Shown one piece after another: positions 20,275 to 29,849 of a DNA stretch of 64,000 nucleotides; the first letter of the stretch is position 1; each line of letters begins with the position of its first letter. The notes under the pieces are model-generated. The model saw only the letters and a program-made list of their open reading frames with translations. It did no database searches and was not told where the DNA came from. Location: IMG/VR virus record IMGVR_UViG_3300000169_000002, positions 1-64,000 of that record; one strand, written 5' to 3'. The position numbers and the translations under genes were made by a program. Origin of the DNA: a virus. Its lineage: Duplodnaviria > Caudoviricetes.

Positions 20275-21090
20275 ATGAAAATAAAGATAAATGAAAGTTA
20301 TTTTGATAAAGATATAGGTTATTCTATATATAAGAATGACATATGGACCAGGGATATTGACTATATTATTAATGCTAACATTTATGAGTATGACATGAAG
20401 AATGCCGGATTTAATCTCATAAAATATTATGAGTTGCTAGATAAGAAAACCATAGATAATTTAGAATCTCTTCCAAAGAATATTAGAAATATTCAAATAG
20501 GTCTGCTTATGAAGGAAAATAAAGATTTTAATAATAAATTAACCCAATCATTTAGAAAGATGAGAAAGACTTTTCTCTTCTCTAATCAAGTCAAAGAACA
20601 TCAGATCTTATCTATAAAGAAAGATGCTATTTATTTGGTAAATAAAGCATGTGAAAATACCAAATTCAAAAACGTTGAATTTGTCCTAAAGAATAGATAT
20701 ACATCCTTTCATAAATTTTCTAATATTGAATTTTATTATAGAAATAAAGGTCAAGTTTTGGATGTAAAGGGCATAAAAGATGATAAATTAGAACCTCATA
20801 AAGATTATATGTGCAAATTTTTGAAAGACATATTTAATCTTTTAGAGACTTCTTCAAATGAAAGAATAGTATCTAAATTAAAACACTTTAGTAAGTTTTA
20901 TAAATCTAGAAAACTAGAGTATCAATATTATAGGGAGTTGAATTCTGATTCTTACTATTCTTTGATAGTGGACGGATCTAGAACTATAAAATCTGAAACT
21001 TATATAACTGGATTTGATATTGACATATCATATAATTATATGACATATATTTTGCCTCTTATACAAAGATTTTTTGATATAAAAGTATAA
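20275..21090 (+). CDS. Hypothetical protein with DNA-polymerase-palm-like motifs
   Basis: 271-aa ORF with RBS. YEYDMKNAG and SIKKDAIY resemble polymerase motifs A and C (function tentative). Confidence 0.55.
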   Translation: MKIKINESYFDKDIGYSIYKNDIWTRDIDYIINANIYEYDMKNAGFNLIKYYELLDKKTIDNLESLPKNIRNIQIGLLMKENKDFNNKLTQSFRKMRKTFLFSNQVKEHQILSIKKDAIYLVNKACENTKFKNVEFVLKNRYTSFHKFSNIEFYYRNKGQVLDVKGIKDDKLEPHKDYMCKFLKDIFNLLETSSNERIVSKLKHFSKFYKSRKLEYQYYRELNSDSYYSLIVDGSRTIKSETYITGFDIDISYNYMTYILPLIQRFFDIKV

Positions 21091-21130
21091 AATATATAAC
21101 AAACAAACCGTAACTGGATGAAAATATAAT

Positions 21131-21140
21131 TATATATTAT
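21131..21140 (+). promoter_or_regulatory. Early-type promoter
   Basis: TATATATTATT..TTGTG upstream of 21209 and the tRNA cluster. Confidence 0.65.
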
Positions 21141-21208
21141 TCTATTGTGAGCAAACAATAGATTGACTCACACTACAAAAAATTTTTCTAAAGGAGCGTG
21201 TTTTCTGT

Positions 21209-22015
21209 ATGGCAGCCAACGTCTCTAAAGAAAAGGTTCGCGGAAAGAAACCGGTCGCCGCATCGGTGAAAACCACCGGCGGTGACAAACCGAAGTATGA
21301 AAAGGCGGACTATCGCCAACGGCTTCGGGAAATCAAGAAAACTCTCGCTACACAGCAATCGAAGCCGAAAACGAAGACCACCAAGGTCGAAATCAACACC
21401 GAAGAATTCAATTACAACAAACAAAATCCCATGAAGGTCGATGGCTGGCTGGTCTGGAAGGGCGCATCGGATATTCTCGTGGTGATGCCCGAGAACAAGA
21501 AGCAAAACGAGCGGTACTACAAATTCCCGTTCGAAGACGGCTATCTGTTCCTGACGGAAAAACCGAACATGCGGTACGCGTACTTCCATGACCGCAAGTT
21601 CCAAGATTTCCTGGATCGGTACAACATCAATCGGGTCATGCACAAAGATCCGAATGGTGAATACCAAGGCCGGAACGACACCAGCCTCAACACCGTGTCC
21701 GTCTTCAGTTTCGTGACGGACGGCGACTGGGAAGAAGGGGACAAATCCATGCTTCGCATGGATGAGCAGCCCATCCTTTCGATGAACAAGGCGAACGTCT
21801 TCGTCAAAGTCAAAAATGCGACGTTTGTCTTGGTCGAACAAGTCGCATATCGCACTGACGACGCAAACATCGAGCCGTTCGTTCTGCGGATGCTGGTCTC
21901 GGATTACGATATTTACAGCCTCGAACACGAAATCGCCGAAGCGGTTGCGTATCTCGACGCCGCCAACGAATCCGACAGCAACACCGAAGAAGAAGTCGCA
22001 CCGGCTGCTGAATAA
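21209..22015 (+). CDS. Hypothetical protein (GC-rich codon class; basic N-terminus, acidic C-tail)
   Basis: 268-aa ORF with AAAGGAG RBS. Confidence 0.8.
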   Translation: MAANVSKEKVRGKKPVAASVKTTGGDKPKYEKADYRQRLREIKKTLATQQSKPKTKTTKVEINTEEFNYNKQNPMKVDGWLVWKGASDILVVMPENKKQNERYYKFPFEDGYLFLTEKPNMRYAYFHDRKFQDFLDRYNINRVMHKDPNGEYQGRNDTSLNTVSVFSFVTDGDWEEGDKSMLRMDEQPILSMNKANVFVKVKNATFVLVEQVAYRTDDANIEPFVLRMLVSDYDIYSLEHEIAEAVAYLDAANESDSNTEEEVAPAAE

Positions 22016-22098
22016 CGCAGGACGAATTTTCCAATTTCAGGTAGAGGGAGGAATTTCTATGTTCCTCCCTCTATCCATCCCAACATTTCAATACATAT

Positions 22099-22172
22099 CT
22101 GGATGTAGCTCAGTTTGGTAGAGCACATGCCTTGGGAGCATGGGGTCGCAGGTTCGAATCCTGTCATCCAGA
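22099..22172 (+). tRNA. tRNA-Pro(UGG), CCA not encoded
   Basis: Acceptor CTGGATG/CATCCAG, anticodon arm CATGC-CTTGGGA-GCATG, T-loop GGTTCGAATCC. Confidence 0.93.
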
Positions 22173-22181
22173 TCTTTTCGT

Positions 22182-22257
22182 GGACCCGTAGCTCAGTGGT
22201 CAGAGCGGTCGGCTCATAACCGATTGGTCGCGGGTTCGAATCCCTCCGGGTCCACCA
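22182..22257 (+). tRNA. tRNA with CAU anticodon, most likely tRNA-Ile2 (lysidine-modified, reads AUA)
   Basis: Cloverleaf with CTCATAA loop and ACCA end. GGACC.. acceptor with C4:G69 and C5:G68 resembles bacterial Ile2 rather than Met. Confidence 0.85.
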
Positions 22258-22274
22258 ACTTAAATTTTAATCGC

Positions 22275-22357
22275 GCCGGGGTGGCGGAATTGGCAGACGC
22301 ACGGGACTTAAAATCCCGCGACTTCGGGTCATGGGGGTTCGAGTCCCCTCCTCGGCA
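22275..22357 (+). tRNA. tRNA-Leu(UAA), CCA not encoded
   Basis: GCCGGGG/CCTCGGC acceptor, CGGGA-CTTAAAA-TCCCG anticodon arm, long variable arm, GGTTCGAGTCC. Confidence 0.93.
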
Positions 22358-22421
22358 TTAAATAAAAATAGGAAGAAGACTTCGAGTCTTCTTCCTTTAT
22401 TTTTTTAGGAGGTATTATATC

Positions 22422-22541
22422 GTGAAATTGCGATATGAAGAAATCATAATGGTAGACCCTAATAAAGAAGATCTGGATCATGCTTTCTCTTATATCAATT
22501 GTGAAGTAAAAAGATTAGAACAAATAAAACGGAGCCTGTGA
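22422..22541 (+). CDS. Small hypothetical protein (39 aa)
   Basis: AGGAGGT RBS, GTG start, MKLRYEEIIMVDPNKEDLDHAFSYINCEVKRLEQIKRSL; followed by a hairpin and T tract. Confidence 0.5.
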   Translation: MKLRYEEIIMVDPNKEDLDHAFSYINCEVKRLEQIKRSL

Positions 22542-22565
22542 AGGCTCCGTTATTTTTTTTTTTGT

Positions 22566-23051
22566 TTATAATATAGAGTTAGAATTATTGTTTGTATTGT
22601 TAGTATTATTTAAAGGGTTAATACCCGCTCTTTTCTTTGCAACATTTTCTACAAACATGAGAAAAACTGCTCTTGTCCTATAATGGATAGCTTTTACCAA
22701 TCGTTCATCGCCATAAAATTGAGTCATATATTCCCTGTAGTAAATTGGCATATCGGAAATAATAATAGAGCATACTGTATCAATACCTTTTTGAATAAAT
22801 TCTGGAGTCAGCTCCAATTCTTCTTCAGGTTTCAATTCAGAATTCATTTTTTGTTTTATATAATTAGTCATATGAAGGTTTAAATTAATTGATAACCAAT
22901 TTTCAAAACTTTCTAATACTTTGTGATTAAATGTAAATTTTCTGGATCTGAATTTGATTATATTTATATACTTATTTATAAGTAATAGACATGCCGTTAA
23001 AAATATGACTGTTGTGGCATAAATAATTTGTGCTTCTGTCATAATTTCCAT
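22566..23051 (-). CDS. Hypothetical protein with N-terminal transmembrane helix
   Basis: Hydrophobic IIYATTVIFLTACLLLI; AAAGG RBS. Confidence 0.7.
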   Translation of the reverse strand: MEIMTEAQIIYATTVIFLTACLLLINKYINIIKFRSRKFTFNHKVLESFENWLSINLNLHMTNYIKQKMNSELKPEEELELTPEFIQKGIDTVCSIIISDMPIYYREYMTQFYGDERLVKAIHYRTRAVFLMFVENVAKKRAGINPLNNTNNTNNNSNSIL

Positions 23052-23128
23052 CCTTTCCGCCTTATTACTAATTAGAAGTTTGAAATATAATAATTAAGCG
23101 TATAGCATAAGCTATACGCTTAATTTTT

Positions 23129-24340
23129 TTAACCAAATAGGTCATCAACAGTTATTTCATACATGTAAACTTTCTTAACGTGGAATGCTTTAAGACGTTT
23201 ATTCATGAGTGTTGCACCGATTTTGGTGGATGCGAGTCCAATCATTTTGATATTCATTTTATATGGATGCAAACCAAGACATTTACTACAGATTTTTGGA
23301 GGTTCATATTTACAGTACATTGGACTGCGAAGTTTAACTCTTTTACCCACATATTGATCAATGTTTTCAGGGAGTAGCATGACTAATTTCTTTCGACCAT
23401 TACCATATTCTTCTACTACATTCATATATAGAAATTCATTTTTGAAATAAGGGTCTAAATAAATATCAAGATAATCGGCAGTGCCACAATCTGTACCATC
23501 TTCGGCTGCTTCAATATCTTGAAGTGTTGCAATAAATTTTTTAACTTCATATCCACCTTGAGCAACACCAAGTGCGCGTGAATATACACCAAAAACAGAG
23601 CTTCCTGCAAAATCAGGATACTCTTCTTTACTGATGCCATCATTATAATTTGATTTAAGGATTTTCCAAGTATCTGTTAATGTATCAAGAATAGGACCCT
23701 TCATTAAAGTCATAGTTTTCATTGCGTTATCATAATCAAGCTTCGCACCACTTGCAAAGTTGTCCCATTCAGGGAATTGAGAGTAATATTTTTTACCGGC
23801 GTTGACAAGTTCCTCCTCGATTTTAGCTCCTATGTTAACATCTCCGGCCTCGATTTCTTTTTCATATTTCTTGAACAACTCTTCACGAAGTTGTTTAAGT
23901 TGTGGTGGCAGGATTAAAAGATTTGTAGTAAGAGAAGGATTAATAAGCTCTGCTAAATCTCCTCCCCCAAGCCATTCAAGCATGTCTATTAAGAAATAAA
24001 ATTGATCTTGAGTAATTCTATCATCAAATCTTGCTTGAGATACTAATGTGTATAATTTCTTTAAATTACTATTGGTAATAGGTACATTTATATATCCAGT
24101 CACATCTTTGAAATGCTTATCTGTTACTAATTTATTGAATAAATACAAGCCCACAGTGGTAAATCCAGGAAGATTATTTGAACATGTGTTTTCCGGGAGA
24201 AAAAAATAATCTGTGACATTAAATCTTGGATTTTTTTCATTTAGTCTTCTTGCAAAGAAGGATTTTAATTTAGACATAGTTATATCTTCGAATTTTAACG
24301 AGAGAAGTTCTCCAACTTCTTCTTTATTCAAAAGTCTCAT
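23129..24340 (-). CDS. RNA polymerase beta' subunit, C-terminal part (probably virion RNAP)
   Basis: Bridge-helix GYEVKKF, DCGT, RSPMYC..ICSKCLG zinc site, trigger-loop-like IGATLMNKRLKAFH. Confidence 0.88.
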   Translation of the reverse strand: MRLLNKEEVGELLSLKFEDITMSKLKSFFARRLNEKNPRFNVTDYFFLPENTCSNNLPGFTTVGLYLFNKLVTDKHFKDVTGYINVPITNSNLKKLYTLVSQARFDDRITQDQFYFLIDMLEWLGGGDLAELINPSLTTNLLILPPQLKQLREELFKKYEKEIEAGDVNIGAKIEEELVNAGKKYYSQFPEWDNFASGAKLDYDNAMKTMTLMKGPILDTLTDTWKILKSNYNDGISKEEYPDFAGSSVFGVYSRALGVAQGGYEVKKFIATLQDIEAAEDGTDCGTADYLDIYLDPYFKNEFLYMNVVEEYGNGRKKLVMLLPENIDQYVGKRVKLRSPMYCKYEPPKICSKCLGLHPYKMNIKMIGLASTKIGATLMNKRLKAFHVKKVYMYEITVDDLFG

Positions 24341-24427
24341 TATTTCACCCCGTAACTATTTTAGTTTATATAAAGTTTTCAAAATAAAAAAACCAGATGG
24401 AAAATCCATCTGGTTATCTATGATTTC

Positions 24428-25255
24428 TTAAATGCTATATAATTTATAAACCATGGTATAACTAGATTCTGTATCTCTAAGGAAGAGATTTGGCATATTA
24501 ATCTTAGTTACGGTTCGGACGTGGGCAAAATCATTTCCGCTCAGGAACCCCGCGACAAGTCCAATAGAGTTAAATCTACAGTTATCAATAGAACCATATT
24601 GTTCCATGAAATATTCACGAAGATCTTCTTTACTTACTTTTAGGACTGCTTCGCCGAATACTAAAAGTCCAAGGGTAGTTTCAGTTTGATCTATATTGGA
24701 TGGGATTTCAGTCCCGTCAGTGAACAAGTGGCGGATAACTACGTCCGTATCGAACCGTTTTGCATAATAATAGTATTTATTTCCTACTTGCTTTTTCAGG
24801 GCATATTTGGCCTGTTCCAATGGGGTTAAATCGTTATTAGTATCTACTACACGGAATGGAATAATGTTAGTGACAGTTTTATCTTTAAACTTAACTGCAC
24901 GAACAATGTCAGAAGACTCCGCACCGCCGGTCCCAACAATGAAACCGAATACGAATTCTTCTTTTAAGTTATTTTGAGTAGGCTGGACATCTGCATTAAT
25001 ATTAAGATCCATAGACAAAGTGGGCATGCCGAAAGTGGATCTCTTATTGAAAAACTTTTCGAGAATATACGTAGAGCCAAGAATAATCACATCATTATAA
25101 AATTCAAAAATCTTTTTGCCAGTCACTTCATTAAAAATTTCAAGCTTGCCAATAATTTTTTTAGGTTCTTTATTAAATCCAGGAACAAATAATTTTCCGT
25201 CTTCAAACGAGATTTCGTCCGACATCCTCAGATTATCTTTTCCGTTGATGATCAT
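24428..25255 (-). CDS. Probable virion structural protein
   Basis: 275-aa ORF in a late-type operon with 25273..27489; no motif recognised. Confidence 0.6.
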   Translation of the reverse strand: MIINGKDNLRMSDEISFEDGKLFVPGFNKEPKKIIGKLEIFNEVTGKKIFEFYNDVIILGSTYILEKFFNKRSTFGMPTLSMDLNINADVQPTQNNLKEEFVFGFIVGTGGAESSDIVRAVKFKDKTVTNIIPFRVVDTNNDLTPLEQAKYALKKQVGNKYYYYAKRFDTDVVIRHLFTDGTEIPSNIDQTETTLGLLVFGEAVLKVSKEDLREYFMEQYGSIDNCRFNSIGLVAGFLSGNDFAHVRTVTKINMPNLFLRDTESSYTMVYKLYSI

Positions 25256-25272
25256 ATTTTAACCCTCTTTCT

Positions 25273-27489
25273 TCACCCGATAATTTCGATTTCATCCCTT
25301 AATTTAATGTCGGTTCTTTTAGTTTCTGAATATAAAATTCCTAACGTATCAACTGTAGATATATTATTTATTGGATAATGAGCACCATCAAATTTTACTG
25401 TGTCAATGGTTTTGATAAAGTTATTTTTATCATCAATTGCGTAAGTAATAGTGAGCGATAATATATTAATAGTAAACGCTTTGAATGTGTTTATAACTTT
25501 AAGCATATATCTTTTGAGAGAGTTTTCCCCGGATAATGTAGGCACTTTTAAGAATAAGAATGTAAACCTATCGGTTCTAAAGTAATCCTCTAAACTTGTT
25601 AAAATTTTGAAAGCCACACTATCGATTTCGTCCACAGAAAGATTATCTATATAATCAGCAATAGTTTGATTGGTGTCTGCTAAATAATCGATATAAGTCG
25701 ACGCAATTTGACCATTACGTTTTTTATATACATCAGATAATAATTTTGATTTTGTTAAGTAATCAATGAGCTCTTTGACCGCAAGATACTCATTAAGATT
25801 TTTAGTTTTATAGCGCAATTCCAGAAGTTTGCTATAAATTTCTTTATTATCAAAATAAAGAGACACGAGTGCCGCAGGAGATTGTAATTCAGCGGTTGGT
25901 CTTTTTAATAAATATTCACTTGCAACTCCATTATAGTTGTATTTTTTCATAATATTTTCAATTTCCTGAAGGTTTCTATCAAAGTTGAATTTATAAAGAT
26001 AAGCCAGATTAGCTGGATCTGTAACTATGTTTCCAAGAAACCCAGCTTTTTTGCTTATTAGAGCAGCTAACATTGTTAACACATAAAAAACATCGACTGT
26101 GAAGCCAAATATTGGTTCAATAAAGGTAAGATTTTTAATATAATCTTTTATTGCAAGAGCCGTAGTGAATGTGTAAGACATTTCTGTTACGATATCTGCA
26201 AGAAAATAAGCCGTTCCAATGCTTACATAGTCAGTATCAATATAATTAAAATCTTCTCTAAGCAGTTTATTTTTAATTTCATCATCAGATTCGTAACCAC
26301 CCCAATAAATATCAGACATAACAACGTCGCTATAGGCTAATTTGTTTTCTGGTTTTCTTATTTCAGCATCTATATTATCACTAGTAATATCAACTGATGA
26401 AAAGCTTATATCATACATTTTGTCATATTTTGGGTTGCCCTGTTCGTCATATTCAAAAATATAATCACCATTAGAATCTTTTTTATGCTCTTTAACCAAA
26501 TAGTATTTCTTAACCGTAACGTTATCAAATCCAAATAGTTTAAAGATTTTAAATATAACTTCATCAGTTCCCTTGGATATAATTAATGAATTGATATTAT
26601 TTGCAACTTCTTTCCTATAAGAAAGTGGAATATCATCATAAATATTGAGATCATAAGATTGTAAAATTTGTTTAACCATTAATTCATTATAATATTCTTG
26701 AAAGTTGAAAATATCTATCGAATCATTTACTGTCATAATTATTGAATTAAGAAGGATTATAAACCCAATATATGCATCATAATATTGCTGGTCCAATGCC
26801 ATTCTTTTCTTATAATAATTATTAAGTATATAATTTTTAGAAATTTCATAATTTATCTCAAATCTCTTTTTTATTGCACTAACTTCAAATGAGCCAGATC
26901 TGAGAATATCAAATTTTTTAGCGGATCTCGCAAAAACATGGTCTATTTTTTTGGAACCAAGATATTTAAGATAAGGTTTATTTGGGAATTGTTTAATAAA
27001 CCTATCTATATACCCTAATGAAGTTAATATTGATATTTCGTCGTTATTCATTTCATGAAGGGGTTTCGTTTTATCAACGCCAGAAATATCATCTGTAATA
27101 TAAATATATTGAGTGTCGTCCATTGCTGGAAGCCCCATGAGCATTCTGTAATAGTTATTAGTTTCTACGTAACTAGATAAAATTTGTGCTCGTTTTATTA
27201 GTAAACATGCTTCTCTTTTTGCCGGAGGGACATTCATTTTATAGACTTTTGCAAGTCTAATTTCATCTTCTGTAAGTCCAGCTTGTTGATAAATCTCATC
27301 AGTATATTCATAACCTTCAAATGTATCAGTTTTTGTAAGAGCTGAGATATATTCGTCATATGCCCTTGATGATTCAAGAGTTTCATATTTATTAGCCAGA
27401 TCTTCCCGTTTTACGACTAAGTCTTTTAAATAATTTATAAGAGAAGAACCAAGTTCTGTCACATAACTTAATTCAATTGATGGGTCCAA
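25273..27489 (-). CDS. Probable virion structural (baseplate-type) protein
   Basis: 738-aa ORF, GAGGTG RBS, late-type promoter; KGT..I..IF..FGF segment as seen in baseplate wedge proteins. Confidence 0.6.
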   Translation of the reverse strand: MDPSIELSYVTELGSSLINYLKDLVVKREDLANKYETLESSRAYDEYISALTKTDTFEGYEYTDEIYQQAGLTEDEIRLAKVYKMNVPPAKREACLLIKRAQILSSYVETNNYYRMLMGLPAMDDTQYIYITDDISGVDKTKPLHEMNNDEISILTSLGYIDRFIKQFPNKPYLKYLGSKKIDHVFARSAKKFDILRSGSFEVSAIKKRFEINYEISKNYILNNYYKKRMALDQQYYDAYIGFIILLNSIIMTVNDSIDIFNFQEYYNELMVKQILQSYDLNIYDDIPLSYRKEVANNINSLIISKGTDEVIFKIFKLFGFDNVTVKKYYLVKEHKKDSNGDYIFEYDEQGNPKYDKMYDISFSSVDITSDNIDAEIRKPENKLAYSDVVMSDIYWGGYESDDEIKNKLLREDFNYIDTDYVSIGTAYFLADIVTEMSYTFTTALAIKDYIKNLTFIEPIFGFTVDVFYVLTMLAALISKKAGFLGNIVTDPANLAYLYKFNFDRNLQEIENIMKKYNYNGVASEYLLKRPTAELQSPAALVSLYFDNKEIYSKLLELRYKTKNLNEYLAVKELIDYLTKSKLLSDVYKKRNGQIASTYIDYLADTNQTIADYIDNLSVDEIDSVAFKILTSLEDYFRTDRFTFLFLKVPTLSGENSLKRYMLKVINTFKAFTINILSLTITYAIDDKNNFIKTIDTVKFDGAHYPINNISTVDTLGILYSETKRTDIKLRDEIEIIG

Positions 27490-27513
27490 TTTTATACACC
27501 TCTTTTCTTATTA

Positions 27514-27543
27514 AACAAAAAGATAATCAGTTATTATGCTGTT
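27514..27543. promoter_or_regulatory. Pair of opposed late-type promoters (+27514-27525, -27532-27543)
   Basis: AACA-AAAAGA-TA on + and AACA-GCATAA-TA on - between divergent genes. Confidence 0.55.
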
Positions 27544-27572
27544 TTTATATTATTATTTAAGGGGGATATATC

Positions 27573-28202
27573 ATGGATGGATTCAAATTCAAGGGAAGTA
27601 ATAACCCCAAAATAAAATCTTTGAGCGACGGAACGGTATTAAAATACCTTCTGTCTAAAGAAGATCTTAATGATTACGAGACGTTTTATGAATTTATAAA
27701 TGGTGTTAAATCAATGGTAAGGCGCGATCCAAGATATAATAACTACAAGAGTCATCTTTACGATCTCGGATTGAACAGATGTCAAGTTCATTCTGGCATT
27801 ACCTCGGATATGGCCCCCATTGAAGAACATCACGGTCCAATTTTTGATCTGTTCACGATTTGTATGATTGTAACGGATCATTTACTACATGAGGGCGAAA
27901 AGGTTAATACTTTTATTGTAGCAGATAAAGTTCTTGAAGAACACGAAAAACATAATATCCAAGTTGTTATGCTGTGTGAAACTTGCCATCAAGCTGCGGA
28001 AAATAACTCCCATTTTATACCATTTGAAATGGGGTTTGGGAATATTGATAAATTTATTACGAAATATAAACATGGGCTCCAGGAAGAACATTACTATCTC
28101 ATAAAAGATTATTTGAAAGATTCTAAAGAAAATGGATATGTAGATAATGGAATCTTTAAGATTTTGGAAAAAGTTAAGAAGTATGTAAGGCCTGATGACT
28201 AA
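27573..28202 (+). CDS. HNH-like zinc-binding nuclease-family protein
   Basis: CQV...IEEHHG...VMLCETCHQ pattern. Confidence 0.6.
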   Translation: MDGFKFKGSNNPKIKSLSDGTVLKYLLSKEDLNDYETFYEFINGVKSMVRRDPRYNNYKSHLYDLGLNRCQVHSGITSDMAPIEEHHGPIFDLFTICMIVTDHLLHEGEKVNTFIVADKVLEEHEKHNIQVVMLCETCHQAAENNSHFIPFEMGFGNIDKFITKYKHGLQEEHYYLIKDYLKDSKENGYVDNGIFKILEKVKKYVRPDD

Positions 28203-28277
28203 TAAGTAACGTCTTATAAAGATATTTCATTCAATAAATTATAGCTACCAGAGTATTTCTGGTAGCTATAAGTATAT

Positions 28278-28985
28278 TTATTTTCCGAGCGAAATAGCGT
28301 ATTTCTCCCTAAACGTGCCAATAGCAATATCAATTTCTCTGATCTGGGCTTTGATTTTTTCTGCCTCTTTAGTTCGTCCATCTTTAACAAGTTTTTTATG
28401 AACTTTTTCCATATCAGCTTTAAGATTTTCAGCTTCATTGAGAGCTTCTTTTGCTTCTCGTGCAGTCATAAATTTAATATTTAAAAGTCGTCTGGTTAAA
28501 TAAATAAGTGTCATAAATCCTCCGATAGCAGGTATAGAAGCGGGTGTTGCTAATCCTGATAATGGAAGAGCAATTTTGAACACAGTTTGACCTGAGGTTA
28601 ACCATGTATTGATTAAGTGCTCCCTAACAACTTTAAGATTTCTAACTGCTTTTGACGGTAAAAAGGCTCTAATATCATCCCGAATTTTTTTGAAGATAAT
28701 ATTGATAAATCCAGGGTCTGTTGTACCAGCTTCAGATAAAATACTATACAATTCATCCGTAGAAGCATTCATGATAGTTTCATAGATAGAATGATTAGAA
28801 TATGCTTCTTCGATGATATAAAAATAAGCTTCTTCTAAGGTTTGAAAATCGGACTCTAACATAGAGTACATATTATCAGATTCAGAAATATTATTTCGAT
28901 TTAAATAGATTTCTCCATTTTGAGTAACAGCTGTTCCTTCAAGAATTGCTCGAAGGCCCTGTTTGATATCCGGCACTAAAATCAA
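28278..28985 (-). CDS. Probable virion head protein (paralog of 29083..29772)
   Basis: Shared N-terminus IKQGLRAILEG.AV.Q.GEI, acidic pro-region, hydrophobic segment, helical C-terminus. Confidence 0.65.
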   Translation of the reverse strand: MILVPDIKQGLRAILEGTAVTQNGEIYLNRNNISESDNMYSMLESDFQTLEEAYFYIIEEAYSNHSIYETIMNASTDELYSILSEAGTTDPGFINIIFKKIRDDIRAFLPSKAVRNLKVVREHLINTWLTSGQTVFKIALPLSGLATPASIPAIGGFMTLIYLTRRLLNIKFMTAREAKEALNEAENLKADMEKVHKKLVKDGRTKEAEKIKAQIREIDIAIGTFREKYAISLGK

Positions 28986-29082
28986 CCCTTTCCTTTTTAA
29001 TATTAATTAGTAGTTATTTATTCCATGAATATCTCATTTTGGGAAAATATAAAAAGGAGGGCCAAATCGACCCTCCTTTTTA

Positions 29083-29772
29083 TTAAATGATCGCTTTATC
29101 CAAAGCACGCCTTTCGAATGCTTCAATTGCATTATCGAGAACAACGATCTGTCTTTTCACACGTTTTGCAGCGTTTTTATATTTTTTATCAGTTTCTTTT
29201 TCGAGATTGTTTGCAATTTTTTCAAGGTGGTTTCTATGTTCTTTAGCTTCCTTAATATATTGAACTGCGAGATCTTTTGGGAAATTATTATATTTTCTTG
29301 CAAGGTTGATAAGGGTTATTACAAATCCAATAAATGGATATTGAATGGCTGTATATACACCGGTCTTTTTGTCTCTAAGAAGTTCATTCACTGCTTTCAA
29401 TTCGGTTAATCCCCCATAAGGGTCGAAGGGGCCATCAAGAAACCGTTTGAACTTTTCTTTAACCTTTTGCCAAAGGGTCCTTTTCTTTTCAATATCTGCA
29501 CGAATTTCTTCTTCTGTCATTTCTTTTATAATTTGGGCAAAGGTAACACTATCTACAGATGCCGCCTCATTCAGAGGAAGTTCTTCTCCAAAGAGAATAG
29601 ATTCAGTAAAAAGAAAATCACTGAGAGCAGCGGTTTCCATGATCATTTGATCATCCATACCGCCAGGATCGGAAACGTCCCGTTGCGGAAAGCGAATCTC
29701 TCCGCCCTGAGCTACAGCATTCCCTTCGAGAATGGCTCGAAGACCTTGTTTGATTTCCGACATTGGTTTCAA
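29083..29772 (-). CDS. Probable virion head protein (paralog of 28278..28985)
   Basis: Same leader and architecture; LNEAA candidate protease site. Confidence 0.65.
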   Translation of the reverse strand: MKPMSEIKQGLRAILEGNAVAQGGEIRFPQRDVSDPGGMDDQMIMETAALSDFLFTESILFGEELPLNEAASVDSVTFAQIIKEMTEEEIRADIEKKRTLWQKVKEKFKRFLDGPFDPYGGLTELKAVNELLRDKKTGVYTAIQYPFIGFVITLINLARKYNNFPKDLAVQYIKEAKEHRNHLEKIANNLEKETDKKYKNAAKRVKRQIVVLDNAIEAFERRALDKAII

Positions 29773-29849
29773 TCCTTTCTTATTTATATTGTAACCTTTA
29801 ATTAAAGGTTGTAGGAAGAGTTTTTATATTGGAGAGAGGGGAATTTGAT

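Noticed and set aside
22182-22257. tRNA-Met call for the CAU tRNA
   Set aside because: Lacks initiator features (paired 1:72, no GGG/CCC anticodon stem), and the acceptor stem resembles Ile2; not fully excluded
22140-22361. 73-aa ORF
   Set aside because: Lies entirely across the three tRNA genes
27573-28202. Intron-encoded homing endonuclease or mobile element
   Set aside because: Free-standing with its own promoter and RBS; flanking genes are intact
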